This document shows, one piece after another, positions 58,192 through 64,000 of a stretch of 64,000 nt of DNA. Source of the DNA: Patescibacteria group bacterium (lineage in GTDB: Bacteria; Patescibacteriota; Minisyncoccia; Phycocordibacterales; Phycocordibacteraceae); the NCBI GenBank assembly GCA_019752595.1, contig JAIELV010000001.1, positions 489,209-553,208 of the forward strand, written 5' to 3'. The number at the start of each line of letters is the position of its first letter. The stretch's first letter is position 1. Made by a program: the position numbers and the translations under genes. Under the pieces are notes generated by a model that was not told the origin of the DNA, did not search any database, and worked only from the letters and a program-made list of their open reading frames with translations.

Positions 58192-59217
58192 CTAGCTACC
58201 GCACACCGTCTTCAAGAGAGCGGCGGTCACTTCGTAGGGGTCCATGTTCGCTGCAGGGCGACGGTCTTCTAAATATCCTGCTTTCGCATCCGCAGTTGCC
58301 ATCGGAATACGAATTGATGCTCCACGATCTGAAATACCGTAACGGAATTCATTAATAGAGCAGGTTTCATGCTTCCCTGTGAGACGAAGTTCATTGCCCG
58401 CGCCATACACCGCAATATGCTCGAAGTGTTTGCGTTTCAGTTTTTCGCATGCCGCCTTTATGACGGTCAGTCCACCTTTTGCGCGCATTGCTTTCGTAGA
58501 GAAGTTGGTGTGACACCCTGCGCCGTTCCAGTCTCCGACAACAGGTTTCGGTGCAAGCGAAACTACAATGTCATACTCTTCCGCAACTCTGTGCAACAAC
58601 CAGCGTGAAATCCATAACTGATCTGCAACTTCCAAAGGTCCAAGTGGCCCTACCTGAAATTCCCACTGCCCTGGCATCACTTCAGCATTTATTCCTGAAA
58701 GTTTAATTCCTGCTTTGAGGCAGAGCGCCATATGATCCTCAACTAAATCGCGCCCTGAAATATTTTTTGCGCCGACACCGCAGTAGTACGGACCTTGAGG
58801 CCCTGGGAAACCTGAATCAGGAAAGCCGAGCGGCTTTCCGTCCTGAAACAGCGTATATTCCTGTTCGATACCAAACCACGCTTCCTGCTTCACGTGTTTC
58901 TTTGCTACCTCGCGCAGTTGCGCGCGTGTGTTGGTTGGATGCACGTTACCGTTTGCTTCAAAAACTTCGCACATCACCAAGAGGTGCGGCGCTCCGCGGA
59001 TGGGATCGGGCAAGAAAAAAACCGGCTTTAACCGGCAATCACTAAACTTTCCTTCAGCCTGTTCCGTTGAGGATCCGTCGAATCCCCACTCAGGCAAATC
59101 ACTTATCTTTGTAACAGGTCCGTTTATAATTTTTGTCTTGCTTCTGAGCTGAGCGGTTGGCTTTTGACCGTCGAGCCAGATGTACTCAAGCATCACACTA
59201 GTTTTTAATGTTGGCAT
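58192..59217 (-). CDS. glnII: Glutamine synthetase type II
   Basis: LEYIWLDG...LRSKTK, WGFDGSST.QA.G, QGPYYCGVG, NAEVMPGQWEFQVGP, DWNGAGCHTNFST, RLTGKHET, YLEDRRPAAN.DPY; 341 aa. Confidence 0.93.
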   Translation of the reverse strand: MPTLKTSVMLEYIWLDGQKPTAQLRSKTKIINGPVTKISDLPEWGFDGSSTEQAEGKFSDCRLKPVFFLPDPIRGAPHLLVMCEVFEANGNVHPTNTRAQLREVAKKHVKQEAWFGIEQEYTLFQDGKPLGFPDSGFPGPQGPYYCGVGAKNISGRDLVEDHMALCLKAGIKLSGINAEVMPGQWEFQVGPLGPLEVADQLWISRWLLHRVAEEYDIVVSLAPKPVVGDWNGAGCHTNFSTKAMRAKGGLTVIKAACEKLKRKHFEHIAVYGAGNELRLTGKHETCSINEFRYGISDRGASIRIPMATADAKAGYLEDRRPAANMDPYEVTAALLKTVCGS

Positions 59218-59266
59218 AGTCTGATTCTATACCAAGAACTAAGAAGTACGGGTGTGGAGAAAATCC

Positions 59267-59996
59267 CTATACACCAAGTAGCAATTTGACCCCGAGAATC
59301 AGCCCAACGACAAGAAAAACAAGGCGAATAAAGGAATTTCCCTTTAATTTGCCAAGCTTCGAACCAAGCCACGCACCAATTAAGGAGCCTGCAACCGCCG
59401 CAACCATAACAGGCAAATCAAAATATCCTTTCTGTATAAAAAGAGCAGCGGCAAACACACACCATAAAAATGCCGCCGCGAAGTAATAGCCAAGCGAAGC
59501 GACGAAATCAAAACCACGTGTAAAAAATCCGATAATGACAAAGACTATGCCGTTTCCTGCCCCAAAAATACTTTCATAAAAACCCATGAGGAGTGCGCCT
59601 GGGTACGCAAGCATTTGGCGTATTTTCGAATACGCACGTGCAGCTCCCATACCCATATCTTTTTTGAAATAGGTATACGTCACTAACGCAAGAATAATCA
59701 CACCAACGATAAGTTCCAGCGTTCTTTCGGGTACCGCGAGTACAAAAAGCACGCCGACGTACACACCAACGAGCCCAAGGAGGCTGAAAAGAATTAAAAA
59801 CGTCCAATCTATCTTTCTGTCGTGCAAATAGTTGTACGCCGCGGGTAATACCCAAAATGCAGAACTTACTTTTTGTACTGCAGTCGCCAAAGGGAACGAC
59901 ATACCGAGCGCAAGAAACACAGGGAGATTAATTATCGAAGCGCCTCCACCCGAAAGCGCAGAAAGAAAAGTTGCAATCAGTGTCGTAAAGAAGATA
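59267..59996 (-). pseudogene. TauE/SafE sulfite-exporter family protein, apparently missing its start
   Basis: The frame extends upstream of 59920 as IFFTTLIATFLSALSGGGASII, then reaches a stop with no ATG; also GFYESIFGAGNG. Confidence 0.7.
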
Positions 59997-60713
59997 TTCG
60001 AGAAGATTGCATACGAACATTATTCAGGCAGGAAGATATATAACTGGCTGAAGTTTGAACTAAACTTTCATACGCGAGGAAACAAGCCACTGACCTTAAG
60101 TGGTGTATATCGCATTATCGATAACCCCTTCTATTACGGACCGTTCGAGTATCCGAGAGAAAGTGGAAACTGGTATCAAGGCAAACACACGCCACTGATT
60201 ACACAAGAACTGTTCGAGAAAGCTCAAGCCCAATTAAAGCGAGACAAGATAGTGCGCGAGAACAAAGAATTCGCCTTCACTAAACTATTTACCTGCGGAT
60301 ACTGCCAAAGCGGAATATCGGCTGAGGAGAAATGGAAGCCACTAAAGGATGGAACATCAGCACACTATATTTACTACGGATGCAGTCGTGCGAGAGACAG
60401 AAACTGCAAGAATAAATACATACGTGAGGAAGAGCTGATAGATGAGCTACTCAAAATCATGGACGTAGTGAATATCAATGAGTTGGGCATGAGACAAAAG
60501 CTTGAAGACGAAATACGACGATTCAACAAACTACAGAAGATTGTGAATGGTAAATCAGGTAACTCACTGGTGGAGGAAGATGACGTGAACATCAGACAGT
60601 ATGCGAAGTACTTACTGAAGGAAGGAAGCACATCAGACAAAAGAGAATTACTCGCCAACCTACGAAGCAGATTGAACTACAAAGACAAAAAGATAACGAT
60701 GATTGAGGAGTAG
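59982..60713 (+). pseudogene. Large serine recombinase, C-terminal part only (recombinase domain plus Zn ribbon)
   Basis: VKKIFE...RIIDNPFYYG...GKHTPLIT.ELFEKAQ; LFTCGYC...YYGC; no catalytic resolvase domain. Confidence 0.8.
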
Positions 60714-60732
60714 GATTATTCACAGGTGTTTG

Positions 60733-60761
60733 TTGACATATAGGGGGTAGGGGTATAGCGT
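60733..60761 (+). promoter_or_regulatory. Sigma70-like promoter with G-tract spacer (candidate CsoR/RcnR operator)
   Basis: TTGACA-17 bp-TAGCGT; the spacer reads TATAGGGGGTAGGGGTA. Confidence 0.55.
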
Positions 60762-60800
60762 ATTAGTAAGGGCCGATAATTACTAATAACTTACAAACCC

Positions 60801-61073
60801 ATGGTTGATCAAAAAATAAAGAAAAGGGCGCTACATCGGGCGAAGATCCTCAAGGGGCAATTCGACGGTCTTATCAAGGCTATTGAGAAAGAGGAGTATT
60901 GTCCTACATTACTGGAACAATCCCTTTCCATTCAAAAGTCGCTCAAAAGCCTCGACAGTTTTCTACTCGAAAATCACTTGCGCTCGCATGTGAAGCATCA
61001 AATGCAAAGCAAGGGTGAGGATGAGAAAGCGGTCAAAGAATTAATTAGAATTTATAACTTGTCTAATAAGTAA
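60801..61073 (+). CDS. csoR: CsoR/RcnR family metal-sensing repressor
   Basis: R.KILKGQ..GL...IE.EEYC..LL.Q...LLENHL..HV. Confidence 0.85.
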   Translation: MVDQKIKKRALHRAKILKGQFDGLIKAIEKEEYCPTLLEQSLSIQKSLKSLDSFLLENHLRSHVKHQMQSKGEDEKAVKELIRIYNLSNK

Positions 61074-61081
61074 CAAAATAT

Positions 61082-61300
61082 ATGAAGCTATCGAAATTAA
61101 TGCATGTCGCGAGTGTTATTACTGGCTTTATTGGAGTCATCATTTTCCTCATTGCCGTTTTTGGTAGTGCTGACGCAATCTTCGGCATTACAAAGATGGA
61201 TGCACTTGCTTGCAGTGCCATTCTTATCCTCATCGCTACATGGACTCAGGTCGCTACCATTCATCACATGATGCTTGAGAAGAGCAGTCAGATTATTTAG
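61082..61300 (+). CDS. Small two-TM membrane protein
   Basis: 72 aa, C-terminal TIHHMMLEK. Confidence 0.7.
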   Translation: MKLSKLMHVASVITGFIGVIIFLIAVFGSADAIFGITKMDALACSAILILIATWTQVATIHHMMLEKSSQII

Positions 61301-61320
61301 CAGATTAAATCCACATATCT

Positions 61321-61479
61321 ATGTCCTGTAAAAAATGTGATGGTGAGACGGAGGAATACAAGTGTGATATGTGCGGTGCGGAAGCCCGAGAGCATGATTC
61401 TACGCACAAATGCGGCGGTGATCACTGCATGCCGAAGTGCAAGGCGTGTTCGGAGGCAGAGACGAAGTGTTCGTGTTAG
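61321..61479 (+). CDS. 52-aa Cys-rich metallothionein-like microprotein
   Basis: Manual translation: MSCKKCDGETEEYKCDMCGAEAREHDSTHKCGGDHCMPKCKACSEAETKCSC*. Confidence 0.72.
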   Translation: MSCKKCDGETEEYKCDMCGAEAREHDSTHKCGGDHCMPKCKACSEAETKCSC

Positions 61480-61521
61480 ATTTGAAAGTTTACTATTACG
61501 CAGCAGCTAAGATAAAACACC

Positions 61522-63069
61522 ATGAATAACAAACAACTATACATCGGGGGCGCGATCGTGGTGGTTCTTGCTGCAATTGCCACTGTCGCGTGGATTAAGC
61601 CGGGGCAGCAGACGCCGTCTGTCACACAAAGCCAGATTGTTGAACTCAAAAACGGCGATACCTATGATCTCGTGGCTTCTCCCATCACGAAAGATATCGG
61701 AGGAAAAACTTATACCATGCTCGCATATAACGGTTCGATTCCAGGACCGCTTATCAAAGTAGCGCAGGGCGCAGAGGTGACAATAAATTTTACCAATGAC
61801 ACGGGCATGAAGACGCTGCTTCATTCACACGGCGTACGAATGGATAACGCTTTCGATGGTTCCCAAACTTCGCAAGATGAAATGGAGCCGGGTGAGACGT
61901 TCTCATACAAGTTGAAATTCCCCGACGCTGGAGTGTATTGGTACCACCCGCACGTGCGTGAAGATCTACAGCAGGAGCTGGGACTTTACGGTAACTACTT
62001 CGTCGTTCCAAAGAGTGCTGACTATTGGTCGCCAGTGAATCGCGAAGTCGTCTTATTCCTCGATGACATCCTGATTGAGAACGACAGGATCAATCTAAGT
62101 ACGAAAGGGGCTGACCGAACGCTCATGGGCCGATTCGGTAACGTGATGCTCTTAAATGGCGAGGATGACTACGCTCTCAATGCGAAAAGAGGAGAGATTG
62201 TGCGTATGTACATTACTAATGCCTCAAATGTTCGTCCGTTCAACTTCGCAATCAAGGGCATGAGGATAAAGCTTGTCGGTGCGGACGGAGGTGCGTATGA
62301 AAAGGAGAACTGGGTAGACAGTGTGGTTTTGGGGCCGTCTGAGCGCACGATTGTTGAAATGCTTTTCGACAAGTCGGGGACGTATACAATAGTGAACCAA
62401 ACACCCTCAAAGACATACGGGCTCGGAAAGGTGGTGGTCTTTGATGAATCAATTATGCAGTCGTATGCAGCGGATTTTGGGACACTCCGCTCGCACCAGG
62501 AGACAATAGAAAGTATTGATCCCCTCCGTTCAATATTCAACAAAATACCGGACAAACGCCTCTCTCTTACGGTCGACATGATGGGAGGGATGATGACTGG
62601 CGCGGGGGGCCACATGATGCCTGGCGGGCAGATGATGGGCGGTACGAATATGGGAGGAATTCCAGAAGGAGGCATTGAATGGGAGGACTCCGATATGCAA
62701 ATGATGAATCAGATGTCGAACACCGACATGGTCGATTGGAATATTGTTGATCAGGATACCGGAAAGAAAAATATGGATATTGACTGGGCGTTCAAACGCG
62801 GCGCGCCAGTGAAAATCCGTATTTTCAACGACCCGAAATCGCCACATCCAATGCAACACCCTATCCACTTTCACGGTCAGCGATTTCTCGTAGTTACACG
62901 TGATGGCATACCGCAAACCAACCTTGTGTGGAAAGACACAGTGTTAGTGAAAGCTGGAGAAACAGTTGATATAGTGCTCGACACCTCTAACCCTGGTATC
63001 TGGATGGCACATTGCCATATAGCAGAACATCTCGAAGCTGGAATGATGATGAAGTTTGAGGTAAAGTAG
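61522..63069 (+). CDS. Multicopper oxidase with Met-rich insert
   Basis: HSHG, WYHPH, HPIHFHG, HCHIAEHLEAGM. Confidence 0.95.
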   Translation: MNNKQLYIGGAIVVVLAAIATVAWIKPGQQTPSVTQSQIVELKNGDTYDLVASPITKDIGGKTYTMLAYNGSIPGPLIKVAQGAEVTINFTNDTGMKTLLHSHGVRMDNAFDGSQTSQDEMEPGETFSYKLKFPDAGVYWYHPHVREDLQQELGLYGNYFVVPKSADYWSPVNREVVLFLDDILIENDRINLSTKGADRTLMGRFGNVMLLNGEDDYALNAKRGEIVRMYITNASNVRPFNFAIKGMRIKLVGADGGAYEKENWVDSVVLGPSERTIVEMLFDKSGTYTIVNQTPSKTYGLGKVVVFDESIMQSYAADFGTLRSHQETIESIDPLRSIFNKIPDKRLSLTVDMMGGMMTGAGGHMMPGGQMMGGTNMGGIPEGGIEWEDSDMQMMNQMSNTDMVDWNIVDQDTGKKNMDIDWAFKRGAPVKIRIFNDPKSPHPMQHPIHFHGQRFLVVTRDGIPQTNLVWKDTVLVKAGETVDIVLDTSNPGIWMAHCHIAEHLEAGMMMKFEVK

Positions 63070-63101
63070 AAATTCTGGGACAGATTCCCCACAGAGCAAC
63101 C

Positions 63102-63464
63102 ATGCTAAACAAACAAAAAAAGAGAATAGGGATACTGATGCTGTCATTGCTCGTTTTTTCAACGATGCATATAAATGTAGTGCTCGCCGCCCAAAGTTTT
63201 GGCGATGCTCAAATTCCAATAGACCATCATGCGCAATCACACGAGACTCAAGAGAGCGATCATTTTTCATGCGCAAATGACCTGCATGAAGCGCTCAATC
63301 ACCGCACCGATACGGAACATCATGACAATCTGGTTGATTGTCCAGTCGCACAAATTTCAACACCTCTTCCGGAGTCACTTCAAACATTCATCTGGACGTA
63401 TTCGCTTGAAGAGTTTTCAAGAAAACCGATAACACTCACGCATAATATTGCTCTCCTGATCTAG
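63102..63464 (+). CDS. His-rich secreted hypothetical protein
   Basis: Signal-like N-terminus, His clusters, two Cys. Confidence 0.5.
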   Translation: MLNKQKKRIGILMLSLLVFSTMHINVVLAAQSFGDAQIPIDHHAQSHETQESDHFSCANDLHEALNHRTDTEHHDNLVDCPVAQISTPLPESLQTFIWTYSLEEFSRKPITLTHNIALLI

Positions 63465-63531
63465 ACCATAGAAGTCTGGTTTTTCGCTACCTCTTTTGGG
63501 GTAGTTTATTTTGTTAACTAATTAAACTTCT

Positions 63532-63759
63532 ATGAACAAAACACTCTTAGTACTTATTGCAGGGATAGTAATTATAGCCGGAATCATCGGATACATGTTT
63601 CTTGGCGGTTCAAAAAACGAAGCGGCTCACACCGCTGGAGACGGACACACAGAGGCGCAACATACAGAAGCGTTGCCACATGACGACACGGGAACAGCGG
63701 CACACGGTAGCGAAGCTACGCCTCACGACGATACTGGAACAGCTCCTCATCAGGATTAA
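63532..63759 (+). CDS. Small membrane-anchored His-rich repeat peptide
   Basis: TM helix, then PHDDTGTA twice. Confidence 0.7.
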   Translation: MNKTLLVLIAGIVIIAGIIGYMFLGGSKNEAAHTAGDGHTEAQHTEALPHDDTGTAAHGSEATPHDDTGTAPHQD

Positions 63760-63771
63760 TTACATCCTCAT

Positions 63772-64000
63772 ATGAAGATCTACATACCTAGTGCCCTACA
63801 GGGCGCGTGGAGCTTGTTTCTTAAGCAAGAACTCGCTGTGCGCATCGCATCAGGAATATTTATAGTGTTACTTGGCGCTCTTGGAACAATCGTGCTCCTG
63901 CCCAAGCAACAAGCTGAAACTACCTCGCAAGTTCAAACTACAATCAGTCTCGCTACACAAACAGTGGGAGCAGAAAGCGAGGCGTTTTCGACTGCCGCAT
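63772..64000 (+). CDS. Partial membrane-anchored protein; runs off the right edge
   Basis: ATG 63772, open to the end: MKIYIPSALQGAWSLFLKQELAVRIASGIFIVLLGALGTIVLLPKQQ... Confidence 0.6.
   Translation, partial: MKIYIPSALQGAWSLFLKQELAVRIASGIFIVLLGALGTIVLLPKQQAETTSQVQTTISLATQTVGAESEAFSTAA

Noticed and set aside
59832-59981. Listed N-terminus of the recombinase ORF
   Set aside because: This is the antisense of the TauE coding sequence, not recombinase-like.

Overview
Bacterial chromosomal segment whose features point to Patescibacteria (CPR), probably Parcubacteria: a complete type IV pilus/competence cluster, compact housekeeping genes, many apparently leaderless genes and atypical tRNAs. This taxonomic call is inferred. 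Standard code 11 applies (prfB is present and TGA is used as stop). Bases 1-59.98 kb are mostly minus-strand genes: an LCAT-like secreted lipase, transporters, a Trx-CcdA-DipZ redox operon, guaB, pyrG, ftsEX, prfB, gatCA, ligA, the pil cluster with comF, and a type II glutamine synthetase. There are six tRNAs plus tRNA fragments. At about 59.98 kb an abrupt junction joins a 5'-truncated TauE gene to a 5'-truncated large serine recombinase, followed by a plus-strand copper-resistance cluster. Highlights: (1) a 258-nt ORF-less group I intron in the initiator tRNA, with a free-standing HNH endonuclease gene directly downstream; (2) a family of miniature structured elements with tandem G.A hairpins that duplicate tRNA ends, and one protein-gene end; (3) a ~125-nt three-hairpin cassette that exactly fills three stop-to-start spacers; (4) two unannotated metallothionein-like microproteins; (5) a minor pilin with a Cys-rich stalk and a YYAQS hexapeptide tail.
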